DNA of 64,000 nucleotides from a virus (taxonomy: Duplodnaviria; Caudoviricetes): the IMG/VR virus record IMGVR_UViG_3300046003_005733, positions 5,668 through 69,667 of that record, one strand, 5' to 3'. A model generated the notes under the pieces. The model had not been told where the DNA came from. It searched no databases and saw nothing but the letters and a program-made list of their open reading frames with translations. A program made the translations under genes and the position numbers. Positions 8,110-17,490 of this stretch are shown one piece after another (within the stretch, counting starts at the first letter, position 1; the number at the start of each line of letters is the position of its first letter).

Positions 8110-8138
8110 TTGACGCATTATTTCTTTTTTGATAAGAT
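8110..8138 (+). promoter_or_regulatory. sigma70-type promoter containing TGACGCA
   Basis: TTGACG-17-TAAGAT. Confidence 0.75.
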
Positions 8139-8168
8139 GAATCAAGCTTTTCAACCAAAGGGGATACA

Positions 8169-8876
8169 ATGAAACATAAAAAACTATTGACTACTGCAAA
8201 CGCAAAAACTTCAAAGGGCGAGGATCTAGGATATCTCACTGGAATTCTTTATATGGCTCCGGCTAATCTTGTCGAGGGTATAAATGTTTGCAAATTTGCC
8301 TCTAAAGGATGTAAGGAAGCTTGCCTTTATAGTGCAGGTAGGGGAAAATTTAACAGCGTTAAAAAGGCGCGTATTGCAAAAACTGAATTTTTTAGAGATA
8401 ACAAAGAGGCGTTTATCACTTCCCTTGTTTGGTCAATTGAAGGCGTATTAAGGGAAGCAAAAAGAAAAAATCTTATTCCAGCGATTCGATTGAATGGAAC
8501 GAGTGATATTTCATGGGAAGAAATTGTCATAAAGGATGGAAAAAATATCTTTGAAGTTTTCTCGTATGTCCAATTTTATGATTACACTCCGAATCATACT
8601 AGAATGGATGCATTAACAGGAAAATGGAACAATTACCACCTTACGTTTAGCCGTAAAGAGTCAAGGGCGAATCATATACAGTGCGAGAAAATGTTGAGAC
8701 TAGGCGTTAACGTCGCAGCGGTTTATTCCAATGTGAGCAAAGTAGTCAATGAGCTTGGCGCAATCGATGGCGATTTACATGACCTAAGATTTTTGGATGT
8801 TAAGGGTAAAATTGTGGCACTAAAGGCAAAGGGCGAGGCAAAGAAAGATAAAACAGGCTTTGTGATTCATAACTAA
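8169..8876 (+). CDS. Gp88-like phage protein (Cys-cluster)
   Basis: VCKFASKGCKEACL..AGRG, IRLNGTSDI, FYDYT, NYHLTFS, IDGDLHDLRFLD. Confidence 0.8.
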   Translation: MKHKKLLTTANAKTSKGEDLGYLTGILYMAPANLVEGINVCKFASKGCKEACLYSAGRGKFNSVKKARIAKTEFFRDNKEAFITSLVWSIEGVLREAKRKNLIPAIRLNGTSDISWEEIVIKDGKNIFEVFSYVQFYDYTPNHTRMDALTGKWNNYHLTFSRKESRANHIQCEKMLRLGVNVAAVYSNVSKVVNELGAIDGDLHDLRFLDVKGKIVALKAKGEAKKDKTGFVIHN

Positions 8877-8890
8877 ATGGGAGGGATAAA

Positions 8891-9106
8891 GTGAAAATTT
8901 ACACATTAATTTTTGAAACATCTGGTAATGGTATTTATTCCGAAAGTTTTAAGACCAAACAAAAAGCACTGAATTATTTAAAGGATTGGGACGAAACGGA
9001 AAACATGGATGAAGTTATTTTAGATATAAATAAGCATGGATATTTTTATTGCGATGACGATAAAAATTCATGGGGGATTATTTTAGAAAAAAATGAGTTA
9101 ACATGA
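8891..9106 (+). CDS. Hypothetical protein
   Basis: GGAGGG RBS, GTG start. Confidence 0.65.
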   Translation: MKIYTLIFETSGNGIYSESFKTKQKALNYLKDWDETENMDEVILDINKHGYFYCDDDKNSWGIILEKNELT

Positions 9107-9160
9107 TTTTATTAAGTTTAGTTTTAAAAACATTTATTTTCTATCTTTTGATGAAACTAA

Positions 9161-9189
9161 TTGACTAATGACGCAACATAATATAAAAT
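9161..9189 (+). promoter_or_regulatory. sigma70-type promoter with TGACGCA in spacer
   Basis: TTGACT-17-TAAAAT. Confidence 0.7.
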
Positions 9190-9366
9190 GATTAAAGGAA
9201 AGCAACAAAGGAGACTGCATGCTGAAAACAAAAGTTCAAGAAATTCTATTTGATTTAATAGATATTCTAGAACAAAATGATTTTAAACATGTTAAAATAG
9301 AAGGTTTTCAAGAATTTGATACTTTAGAAGATTTTCTCCAAGAACAAAAAGAAAAAATCGAATCAA

Positions 9367-9576
9367 TTGAATCATCATTGTGATATAACGAAGGGGGAGC
9401 AAATGACAAAAAGAGATTTACATAAATGCCTATGTGATTGCTGCGGTTCATCTTACAGTGTTTTTTATTGTGGAGTTATGGGTGATTATATTTGTGGGGA
9501 GTGCTTAGAGAAGGAACAAGCAGAAAATCAACCTAAAACTCATTTAGATTATTTAGAAAAAATAGGGGAGGTTTAA
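9367..9576 (+). CDS. Small Cys-rich (Zn ribbon-like) protein
   Basis: CDCC...ICGEC; likely start is the ATG after GGGGGAG near 9403. Confidence 0.6.
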   Translation: MNHHCDITKGEQMTKRDLHKCLCDCCGSSYSVFYCGVMGDYICGECLEKEQAENQPKTHLDYLEKIGEV

Positions 9577-9577
9577 A

Positions 9578-9913
9578 ATGAAAAACAAGATTCCAACAAA
9601 TGTGCCCACGATTGCCTTGAAAGCGGGCCAAAAAATCAGGGCCAAAAAAGATTTATTTGGGATAAACGCCTGTTTTGAATACTCGACTCGCATATTTATT
9701 CCTAAAGGGGCGATATTAAAAATTCCGAGCATAGGTACAAAATGGGGCGATGTATTTACGGACGTAATCGAAGGCGTATGTATTCTTAAGTCTAGGGAGC
9801 ACGGGGACTTGCCTCTCAAAGCGCGAGATAGGGTAGGTCTGACAGAGGGACATGACACTTGTTGCCCTTGCGACCTCGGCAGAATTTCACTTGAACACTG
9901 GGAGATAGTTTAA
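9578..9913 (+). CDS. Hypothetical protein
   Basis: GGGGAGG RBS; ORF track. Confidence 0.65.
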   Translation: MKNKIPTNVPTIALKAGQKIRAKKDLFGINACFEYSTRIFIPKGAILKIPSIGTKWGDVFTDVIEGVCILKSREHGDLPLKARDRVGLTEGHDTCCPCDLGRISLEHWEIV

Positions 9914-10084
9914 AATGAATACTGATTTTTGGTTTAAAAAAACGGAAAGTGATATAAAAGAAGCGCAAGAATTAAAACAAAATGGCGAAACTCAAATTTG
10001 GGATTATCCTGACCATTGTTGGCAGATTGACGATTATATTAATTATAAAAAAGATTTATTAAATAGCGCAAAAGGGGAAGCAAA

Positions 10085-10366
10085 ATGAACATTCAAGAAT
10101 TTAGAAATGAGGTTAAGGGGAATTTTTTTAGAGCATGCTTCCTAAAAAAGGATGGGACCACTAGAGAAATGACTGCGCGTTTTGGAGTTAAAAAGCATTT
10201 GAAAGGTGGCGAATTAAAATATTCTCCCGAGTCATATAATTACATTGTGGTTTTTGATGTTGAAAAGGGGGCTTATAGAACTATTAACATGAATACTCTT
10301 ATTTTTCTTAGATACAATAACAAGGAAGTGCTAGGAAGTGGGGCTTTGCTTCATTACTTATCATAA
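10085..10366 (+). CDS. WYL_2 / Sm-like SH3 beta-barrel protein
   Basis: FLKKDGTTREM...VVFDVEKGAYRTI signature. Confidence 0.8.
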   Translation: MNIQEFRNEVKGNFFRACFLKKDGTTREMTARFGVKKHLKGGELKYSPESYNYIVVFDVEKGAYRTINMNTLIFLRYNNKEVLGSGALLHYLS

Positions 10367-10503
10367 GAGGGAGTTATATGCTTAAGAATATTATTATTTT
10401 AATTGCTTTCATTACTTTCCTTTCATCTCTAAAGCCTACGCCTAGCATTGGTGAATTAACTAAAGGTGTAAGTATCTATTGCAAAGATATCTGCAAATAA
10501 CGC

Positions 10504-10532
10504 TTGCAATAAATTGACGCATGTATTATAAT
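10504..10532 (+). promoter_or_regulatory. sigma70-type promoter with TGACGCA in spacer
   Basis: TTGCAA-17-TATAAT. Confidence 0.7.
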
Positions 10533-10564
10533 TGAGCAGGGAAGAAAAAACTAAAGGGGAATTT

Positions 10565-10882
10565 ATGCAAGGTAAACTTTTTAAAATTTCAATTGTTGTA
10601 GCGGGTATTAAAAAAAGATGCAGAAAAGTTGAATATCATACTTTAAGTGCGGGATATATCCCTTACAATGACGGAAAATTTAATGAGGATGAGATTTTAG
10701 AGCTTGCTCGGGGAATGATTGAAGCTAATATGAAAACGGTTTATAATACACCGGCAAAAGTAAGGCTAGACTTTGTTGAGGTGGCTTTAGAGGATGGCTT
10801 TAGAAGTGAAAAATGGACTCCCTTTAGTGATTTAAATAAAACGCTACTAGTTCAGTCTAGCTTGGAAAATGCATTAAACTAA
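10565..10882 (+). CDS. Hypothetical protein (ends QSSLENALN*, weak tag variant)
   Basis: AAGGGGA RBS before ATG 10565; the TTG start in the track overlaps the promoter. Confidence 0.65.
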   Translation: MQGKLFKISIVVAGIKKRCRKVEYHTLSAGYIPYNDGKFNEDEILELARGMIEANMKTVYNTPAKVRLDFVEVALEDGFRSEKWTPFSDLNKTLLVQSSLENALN

Positions 10883-11064
10883 TAGGAAAGTAAAATGGAA
10901 AAAGTAATAAAATTAAACAAAAAAGAGCTTGAAGTTTTGGAAAGGGCTTTAGATAATTATAAATTTTCAGTGCAAGTAAGAGTAAAGAGTGATAATATAA
11001 AACGCATAGAGATGGCTATAAATGAGTTATATAATATAGAAAGCATTGAAAAAAAGGCTAGTGA

Positions 11065-11403
11065 ATGAAAACATTTATTATTGATATCGATGGACTATCC
11101 AATAATTTAAGCAAGGAATTAATGGGGTTTGTGCTGACTATTGGCTTAAATTTTAGGAAAATAGATAACTCACTATCTGGTAGGGTATTAATCATAGAAC
11201 TATCTTCTAAGGTGGAAGAAAACGCTTTAAAACAGTTTTTAGCTGATAACAATATTAGGCAAAAGGTCACTATTGGAAACGAAAATAGGGCAATTGTGGA
11301 CGGAAAAAGAGTCGGTGTATTTACTCAAGTAAAGTCTATTGATGGCTTATCGGAGTTTTATAGTGATAAGTCTACTGGTAAAAAGTTTACAATAGTAAAA
11401 TAG
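11065..11403 (+). CDS. Hypothetical protein
   Basis: ORF track, same strand as neighbours. Confidence 0.65.
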   Translation: MKTFIIDIDGLSNNLSKELMGFVLTIGLNFRKIDNSLSGRVLIIELSSKVEENALKQFLADNNIRQKVTIGNENRAIVDGKRVGVFTQVKSIDGLSEFYSDKSTGKKFTIVK

Positions 11404-11736
11404 GGGCTTTATGACAAAACTAGAATTTTTAAGTTATCTAATGACTGGATTATTTTTTTCATACTTAACTAATTATTTAGTGAGGCTATAATGTCAAAAT
11501 TAGAATCTTTTTTGTTGCTTATCGGAGTTTTTGGGCTTATAATTGTCGCAGGTGGTCTTATTTATAACTTATTTATGGGGGAGCTTAATGATGACTAAAC
11601 TTGAAATTGAAATTGATAATACTTGTGATATTTTAGATGTTACTATTGATGAAATTGAAAGAAAAATTCTCGAAGCTAAGCTTTTTGAACTTGTAGAACA
11701 ATTAAATGGAAATACTATTTATTTGACAGTACAATA

Positions 11737-11934
11737 ATGGAGATTCAAAAGGGAGATATTTTTAAACATGGTATGATTTTGTATAAAATTATTTCAATTC
11801 CATTAGATACATGTTATATTAAATGTCGGGCTTTATTGGCAGAAAATGGTAGGGATTTAAATACTTGTATTGAACATAAAAATACGTTGCTTAAAATGCA
11901 AAAACTTTCTACTTTAGAAAAAGAACTAATATGA
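11737..11934 (+). CDS. Small protein with C-terminal tag (KLSTLEKELI*)
   Basis: IQKGDIF KOW/SH3-like start; tag. Confidence 0.8.
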   Translation: MEIQKGDIFKHGMILYKIISIPLDTCYIKCRALLAENGRDLNTCIEHKNTLLKMQKLSTLEKELI

Positions 11935-12398
11935 ATATTTTTATAACTTCAAATTGTCCTATTGAATCGGCAAATTTTTTAGATGATAAGCGAGTAAATA
12001 AAATGTGTCTAGAGACTGCTCAATTACTATCAAGTGCTTTGCGCCTATGCGGTTATACTGGTGAGGATGTTTATAAAATCACTCATAAAAACCACCCTTC
12101 TAATGTTTGGTGTAGGACTACTAGGGGCAATTATAAATGGCTTCTAGAGCATTTTAGAGCGTTATGTGATGAATATACTAGACGAGGTGGAAAGGTTCAT
12201 GCAAGCTCTAAACTTCTCCCTATTTTTGAAGTTAATATTAGGCTTATTCCAGTAGGGGAGCAAATGCCTTTTTCAAACAATGCAAGAAACTTGACGAAAG
12301 GCGTTGACTTCACGCATGAAAATGATGTAACATTGGCTTATAGACTTTACCTATCAGAACGATGGGAAAGTGATAAGAGGGAGCCAAAGTGGACGTAG
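11931..12398 (+). CDS. Pyrimidine-dimer DNA glycosylase / DenV-like protein
   Basis: MNIF...LDDKRVNKMCLETAQLLS...YKITHKNHPSNVW...NYKWL. Confidence 0.85.
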   Translation: MNIFITSNCPIESANFLDDKRVNKMCLETAQLLSSALRLCGYTGEDVYKITHKNHPSNVWCRTTRGNYKWLLEHFRALCDEYTRRGGKVHASSKLLPIFEVNIRLIPVGEQMPFSNNARNLTKGVDFTHENDVTLAYRLYLSERWESDKREPKWT

Positions 12399-12580
12399 AC
12401 TTGGGAGATTTTGTAAGTGTAACTCATATCGTTAATAACGATAAGCATACTGGCGAAATTGTGGCTTTTGATGATGATGGTTATTTTGTAATAATGGTTA
12501 ATGGTTATACGGATTATTATTTATATGGTGGGCATTATCACGTAAAAAAATTATCCAATTTGGAAATAGAACTTTTATAA
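12389..12580 (+). CDS. Small protein with C-terminal tag (KLSNLEIELL*)
   Basis: LGDFVSV...TGEIVAF SH3-like pattern; tag. Confidence 0.8.
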   Translation: MDVDLGDFVSVTHIVNNDKHTGEIVAFDDDGYFVIMVNGYTDYYLYGGHYHVKKLSNLEIELL

Positions 12581-12590
12581 GGAGAAAACA

Positions 12591-12812
12591 ATGGAAACAA
12601 TTAAGAAATTTAAAAACCGCAAGCTTTACAGTAAAACAACAAAGAGCTACGTAACGCTAAACTATTTGGTCAGTAAGCTTAGGAATAAAGAATCGTTCCA
12701 AGTTGTGGAACATGGCACCAATTTAGATATTACAAGTAAAACTCTTAAACAAGCTTTAGTTACTGTAGAACTAACAGATGATGTTGTTAAAAGAATAATT
12801 TTAGGAGAATAA
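12591..12812 (+). CDS. PhaR N-terminal (PHB_acc_N) DNA-binding domain protein
   Basis: TIKKFKNRKLYSKTTKSYVTL...FQVVEHGTNLDIT matches IKKYxNRRLYDT..S.YVTL...G.DIT. Confidence 0.85.
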   Translation: METIKKFKNRKLYSKTTKSYVTLNYLVSKLRNKESFQVVEHGTNLDITSKTLKQALVTVELTDDVVKRIILGE

Positions 12813-12815
12813 TAT

Positions 12816-13100
12816 TTGACTTGTCGCATTAAATACAATAAACTAAAAACAGGCGAACTCCAGAGTGATGAAATTATATCATCTTCTGGGGTTTCTTATT
12901 ATGCTAAAATTAACTTTGTAACTGGATATGGTAAAATATTAAACTTTAAACGTAGAAATATCATTAAAGAGTATTTTAGCACTAATAAAAACGTACTAAG
13001 GCGAATGATAAGACGGGAACTTCAAAAGCTAGGAGTTAAATTTGAAAAGGAATTCAAAAAAAGCGGCTACTCAAAAACCAAAGATAGGGGAATTTTATAA
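12816..13100 (+). CDS. Basic hypothetical protein
   Basis: ORF track, TTG start after AGGAG. Confidence 0.6.
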   Translation: MTCRIKYNKLKTGELQSDEIISSSGVSYYAKINFVTGYGKILNFKRRNIIKEYFSTNKNVLRRMIRRELQKLGVKFEKEFKKSGYSKTKDRGIL

Positions 13101-13278
13101 AATTTGGGAGAATGATGGATTAACTGTCGGTAATGTGATGAAAATCCACTATGTTGGTTATAATATCGCTTTATATACACTAGTAAATGGAGTTGTCTAT
13201 GAGCAAAGATGGGATTTTATGAAATTTCCTGAGATTTTAGATCAAAAACTTACTTCTTTAGAAATGGAGCTTATGTGA
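13042..13278 (+). CDS. Small protein with C-terminal tag (KLTSLEMELM*)
   Basis: PKIGEFYKI start of body; tag. Confidence 0.75.
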   Translation: MKRNSKKAATQKPKIGEFYKIWENDGLTVGNVMKIHYVGYNIALYTLVNGVVYEQRWDFMKFPEILDQKLTSLEMELM

Positions 13279-13423
13279 TTTTTTGGATTTTGACCATAAC
13301 TATGATTCATGGTGAGGTTAAGTATGGATACAAATTCATAAATAAATCTAATTGTGAAAAGATTGGAAAGTATTATAGTAATACTATTAAATATTCTACA
13401 TATAAATGCTCCGAATTAAAAAA

Positions 13424-13452
13424 TTGACACTTGCATTAAATAGCTGTATGAT
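13424..13452 (+). promoter_or_regulatory. sigma70-type promoter
   Basis: TTGACA-17-TATGAT. Confidence 0.75.
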
Positions 13453-13470
13453 AGGTGTAAGGGGGAAGCA

Positions 13471-13791
13471 ATGACAACAAAACAAACAGGCAAGCAGAGA
13501 AGAAATAAAAGATATTACTTAAAAAAGAAAAGAGAATTAAAAGATATTTCTGGAAGTGAGACTAATTTAAGTTTTCCAGATTATTATAAAAAACTTACCT
13601 TATCTGAATTTATGATCTTTATAGCGGTCAGGGATACTAAACAAATTCATTCGCTCACTACTTTGTTAAATAACACTTGCTTATCATTTAGAACTATCAG
13701 AAGCGGTGCCAACAATTTAGAAAAATTAGGGTATATCACTCAGAGAAAATATGGTAAAAATAAAATACTAACCTTGAAGGAGTTACAATGA
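13471..13791 (+). CDS. Winged-helix DNA-binding protein
   Basis: LSFRTIRSGANNLEKLGYITQR wHTH pattern. Confidence 0.65.
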   Translation: MTTKQTGKQRRNKRYYLKKKRELKDISGSETNLSFPDYYKKLTLSEFMIFIAVRDTKQIHSLTTLLNNTCLSFRTIRSGANNLEKLGYITQRKYGKNKILTLKELQ

Positions 13792-14180
13792 GTCTTATAG
13801 AGATTTTTGAGAATATGCCTAAACAAGATGTTAAAACTTTTAATAAAGTTTTTAAGTCTACTCCGATTGAAGATAGTAATAATTTAGATGTGCAGATATT
13901 AGATTTATTAAGTGCAGATGAAAGAAAAATAAAAGTGGGAAATGAATTTATTAGATTGTGTTTAAAGCAAAAAAAAGATACTAGGCGCATGGTTAAAGAT
14001 TACAAGATAGTAAATTTTAGAGAAAAGGTATGTACTAAATGTCGTAAAAATAAACCGTTTATTTCTTTTTCACCCCATAAAACATCAAAGGGAGGGGTGA
14101 GGGCGGCATGTAAAGAATGCTGTATTGGTGAAGTAATTAGAAGTAAGAATAAAAATAAATTGACACAAAATGTAAAATAA
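13788..14180 (+). CDS. Protein with C-terminal CxxC...CxxC Zn finger
   Basis: KVCTKCRKNKP...F...ACKECC. Confidence 0.65.
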   Translation: MSLIEIFENMPKQDVKTFNKVFKSTPIEDSNNLDVQILDLLSADERKIKVGNEFIRLCLKQKKDTRRMVKDYKIVNFREKVCTKCRKNKPFISFSPHKTSKGGVRAACKECCIGEVIRSKNKNKLTQNVK

Positions 14181-14188
14181 ATTATAAT
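14160..14188 (+). promoter_or_regulatory. Consensus sigma70 promoter
   Basis: TTGACA-17-TATAAT, perfect match. Confidence 0.85.
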
Positions 14189-14223
14189 AATTAAAGGCTA
14201 CTTAACTGATAACAGGAGAAATT

Positions 14224-15411
14224 ATGAATATCACACAACTTAAACAATCACTTCCATTCATTATTGAGTCTGGGCTTGTGCCTAATATTATTGGTAAACA
14301 TGGAATTGGGAAGTCTTCAGTAGTAGCTCAGTACGCTAAGGAAAATGGATATACGTTCCACCCATTCTTTCTTGGTCAAATGTCCGACAATGGGGACTTG
14401 TTAGGTCTCCCAGAATTTAATAGGGATAGTTCTGGTAAAGCTTTATCAGTTAGCTTTGTCCATCCTGAAAAATTGCCTAAAAATCCTAAGTCAATTCTTT
14501 TCTTTGATGAGCTTAACAGGGCATCAAAAGAACTACTCCAAGCTATCTTTCAATTGGCTCTAGAAGGAACCTTACATGATTATACGTTACCAAAAGATTC
14601 TGCCATTATCATGGCAATGAATCCGGCTACCGATGACTATTCTGTACTTGACTTTGCAGACAAGGCTTTTGCAGATCGTTTTGTTCATATTAATCTAGAT
14701 CCTACTCATGAAGAATTTCATGAATATATGACTGGTCGGTATACTAATAGTCCAGTAAGTGATTTCTTACGTCAACAGACAAAACTTTTAGAAGAAACTG
14801 ATCTTAAAGCTGTTACCTTAGATTTTGTTAAACCTTCACGAAGATCATGGGATAGACTTCAAAAATTAGAATTAACCAGTATGCCTGAAAATCTTTTTAG
14901 AGAAGCAGGTATGGGCATTGTAGGAACTACTAGTATGATTGCCTATAGTTCATGGAAGGAAAACCAAGTAAAAATTGTTGATGCAAAGGATATTCTAGAT
15001 AATTATGAAAAGAGCAGAACTAGTTTTATTAAGAATTTTAAAAACCCAGTTACTCTAGAAGATATTGAAGCACCTAGAGCCGATATCATAGCTACAGTTT
15101 GCTCTAATGTTTCTGAGGAGCTAGTAATTAGACTTAAAGCAACTACACTAACTGACAATAATGCTAAAAATCTAGTGGCATTTCTTTTAGACTGCCCTGT
15201 AGAAAATTTGTATGCTTTTTTGCTACCCTTAAGAGAGGTTGCTCAATTTTCGACAGATGTTAACATGAAGGCTTATGTACTAGAGAATAAACAATTAGTA
15301 GAAAAGACAAGAGAAGCTAGGCTTGCAAAAGATGCATATAAAACGGCTAAAGAAGAGAGGGAAGCTAAAGCTAAAGCTAAAGCATTTGAAAACTCTGATA
15401 TACCTTTTTAA
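14224..15411 (+). CDS. MoxR-type AAA+ ATPase
   Basis: Walker A GKHGIGKS, Walker B ILFFDELNRA, AMNP, DRF. Confidence 0.9.
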   Translation: MNITQLKQSLPFIIESGLVPNIIGKHGIGKSSVVAQYAKENGYTFHPFFLGQMSDNGDLLGLPEFNRDSSGKALSVSFVHPEKLPKNPKSILFFDELNRASKELLQAIFQLALEGTLHDYTLPKDSAIIMAMNPATDDYSVLDFADKAFADRFVHINLDPTHEEFHEYMTGRYTNSPVSDFLRQQTKLLEETDLKAVTLDFVKPSRRSWDRLQKLELTSMPENLFREAGMGIVGTTSMIAYSSWKENQVKIVDAKDILDNYEKSRTSFIKNFKNPVTLEDIEAPRADIIATVCSNVSEELVIRLKATTLTDNNAKNLVAFLLDCPVENLYAFLLPLREVAQFSTDVNMKAYVLENKQLVEKTREARLAKDAYKTAKEEREAKAKAKAFENSDIPF

Positions 15412-15412
15412 C

Positions 15413-15441
15413 TTGACGCAATAATTTAACTCCTGTATTAT
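15413..15441 (+). promoter_or_regulatory. sigma70-type promoter containing TGACGCA
   Basis: TTGACG-17-TATTAT with TG extension. Confidence 0.65.
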
Positions 15442-15459
15442 TGTATAAGACTAAGCTAA

Positions 15460-15492
15460 GGGCAAGGCTATAAATACCTTGCCCATTTTTTT
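15460..15492 (+). terminator. Terminator-like hairpin in leader of the VWA gene
   Basis: GGGCAAGG-9nt-CCTTGCCC-ATTTTTTT. Confidence 0.75.
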
Positions 15493-15504
15493 ACTAGGAG
15501 ATAT

Positions 15505-16698
15505 ATGAATAAGTTCCAACAAGCAATAACAGCTCTCATTTTTTCTGAACCATTTTATGGGCATTTGATCTCTAAAATGAAAATTAATAAGACTGATAAG
15601 ATTCCTACTGCCGGAGTTTTTATTACAGATAAAATAAATCTAATTTATAACGAGGATTGGATTGAAAGTTTAGATCTAATCGATGTTGTTAAGGTATTAA
15701 AACATGAGTGCGCTCACATTCTACAAGAGCATATTATTCGCGCAAAACAGATTGGAGTAGTTAATGCAGAACTACATAAAAGATTTAATATTGCAACAGA
15801 TGCAACTATTAATACACATGATTTAGTTGCTACAGTTGAAAAAATAGGTGGAGTTACTATTAAGTCAATTAATGAAATGATGAAGGGAATGATAGAGAAG
15901 GCTAATGCCAAAGACAATGCAAAAAGGGCTTTTACTCCCATGATAGAAGGTCAAATGGCTGAGTATTATTACAATAGAATAAATCAATTTGCAGAAGAAA
16001 ACTCGGATATACTCCCAGAGGGGGATGGCTTAGGGGATACTATCGATGACCATTCTGTTTGGGATAAGTCCGAAGGAAATGCAGAGATGCAGAAGGAAGT
16101 AGCCAAGCAAGCGGTCAATGACTCAGTTAAATCAATTGGGGGAATTGGTAATCTACCTAGTGAGTTAGTTAGCTTAGTAAGTGACATGAATAAAAGTCAA
16201 GTTAATTGGAAACAACAATTAAGACAATTTTATGTTAATACTTTAAAGAGTAGCAGGATTCCCACTAGGAAAAAAAGAAATAGAAGATATGGAATTTTGC
16301 AGCCGGGTAGTAAGAAGAAGCCAGAACTTCATTTGGGTTTATGTGTGGATACTTCTGGATCGGTAAGCGATGAGGAATTGTCAATGTTTTGGGCAGAAAT
16401 GCAATCTATTGGGGCATGTGGAGTTAAAATTACAGTTATCGAAGCAGATTGTATTGTACAAAATGTATATGAATTTGAAGCAGGTAAGACCCCCAATTTT
16501 AAAGGTAGGGGAGGGACTGCCTACAATCCGGCTATTAAAAAAGCTGTAGAATTAAAGGTCGATGGCATTCTATACTGTGGTGATTTTGATACTGCAGACA
16601 CTCCAGAAAATCCTAATAAGCCTTTTCTATGGGTAGGAGTAAGAAAATCTCCAGCCCCTGCAGAATTTGGAAAGGTAATCTATCTGGAAAAAGAATAA
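15505..16698 (+). CDS. DUF2201 metallopeptidase-like + VWA domain protein
   Basis: LKHECAH, FNIATDATIN, CVDTSGSV (MIDAS), GRGGT. Confidence 0.9.
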   Translation: MNKFQQAITALIFSEPFYGHLISKMKINKTDKIPTAGVFITDKINLIYNEDWIESLDLIDVVKVLKHECAHILQEHIIRAKQIGVVNAELHKRFNIATDATINTHDLVATVEKIGGVTIKSINEMMKGMIEKANAKDNAKRAFTPMIEGQMAEYYYNRINQFAEENSDILPEGDGLGDTIDDHSVWDKSEGNAEMQKEVAKQAVNDSVKSIGGIGNLPSELVSLVSDMNKSQVNWKQQLRQFYVNTLKSSRIPTRKKRNRRYGILQPGSKKKPELHLGLCVDTSGSVSDEELSMFWAEMQSIGACGVKITVIEADCIVQNVYEFEAGKTPNFKGRGGTAYNPAIKKAVELKVDGILYCGDFDTADTPENPNKPFLWVGVRKSPAPAEFGKVIYLEKE

Positions 16699-16827
16699 TG
16701 AAGCTAGAAAATATACAAGATACTATTTTTAGACTATTGTTTATACTAATTCTTATAAAAGTAGTATTATTTTTTATAGCAAAGGGATTTATAGTAGTTC
16801 TATTAAATATTTTATTGGATAAACTAA

Positions 16828-17070
16828 ATGAATATAAATATGGATAATCTTTTTGTAGGTATGAAATTTAAACCCACTAGGGAAGATCCTAACGTATATG
16901 GCTTATGTAGTGATCTTACAAAAGATAAATTTACTTTTATCTGGATAGATTCCTCAGAAGATGCAGTTACTAATGAGTTTCATCATATAATTAAAGTTAA
17001 AACAGCGTTAGAATGCTTTAATCTTTATGGATGGAGAATATTGTCAGGATTAGAATCGGAGTTGCTATGA
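16828..17070 (+). CDS. Small protein with C-terminal tag (ILSGLESELL*)
   Basis: LFVGMKF start; tag. Confidence 0.75.
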   Translation: MNINMDNLFVGMKFKPTREDPNVYGLCSDLTKDKFTFIWIDSSEDAVTNEFHHIIKVKTALECFNLYGWRILSGLESELL

Positions 17071-17429
17071 GTATGTACTCATGCGTACTATTCTATTCCC
17101 TCATGCATGGATTAAATCCAGTCCTAACAAATGCAATTATACAAGTTGAAAGTAGAGAAAATCCATTTTCTATAGGGAGCCATGGGGATTCTGGATTAAT
17201 GCAAATTAGACATCAATTTGTTCCAGAGACCCAACTACAATTACTAAACAGTTGTACCAATATTGAAAGAGGTGTTCAGTTATTAAAAAAAGCTAAACAG
17301 GACTGTATTCATAAAGCTAATAACACTTGGGTTATATGTTATAATCTTGGAATTAAAGGTGCTAGGAAAATTAAATATCCAAGTAGTTTTATTTACTATA
17401 AAAAAGTGATGAATGCCATGAGAAAATGA
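17067..17429 (+). CDS. Lytic transglycosylase (SLT domain)
   Basis: AIIQVES, GLMQI, YNLG motifs. Confidence 0.9.
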   Translation: MSMYSCVLFYSLMHGLNPVLTNAIIQVESRENPFSIGSHGDSGLMQIRHQFVPETQLQLLNSCTNIERGVQLLKKAKQDCIHKANNTWVICYNLGIKGARKIKYPSSFIYYKKVMNAMRK

Positions 17430-17490
17430 TTTAAAAATTTAAAAGAAAGTGCTATAATGGTTTTGTCGAAAACAACAGATAGGAGAAATA

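Noticed and set aside
10532-10564. TTG start of ORF 10532
   Set aside because: Overlaps the -10 box of a promoter; ATG at 10565 has a strong RBS
13471-13791. LTLKELQ*, also LEKNELT* (8891) and SSLENALN* (10565), as tag members
   Set aside because: Only partial matches; AAGGAG in 13471 is adequately explained as the next gene's RBS, so they were not counted
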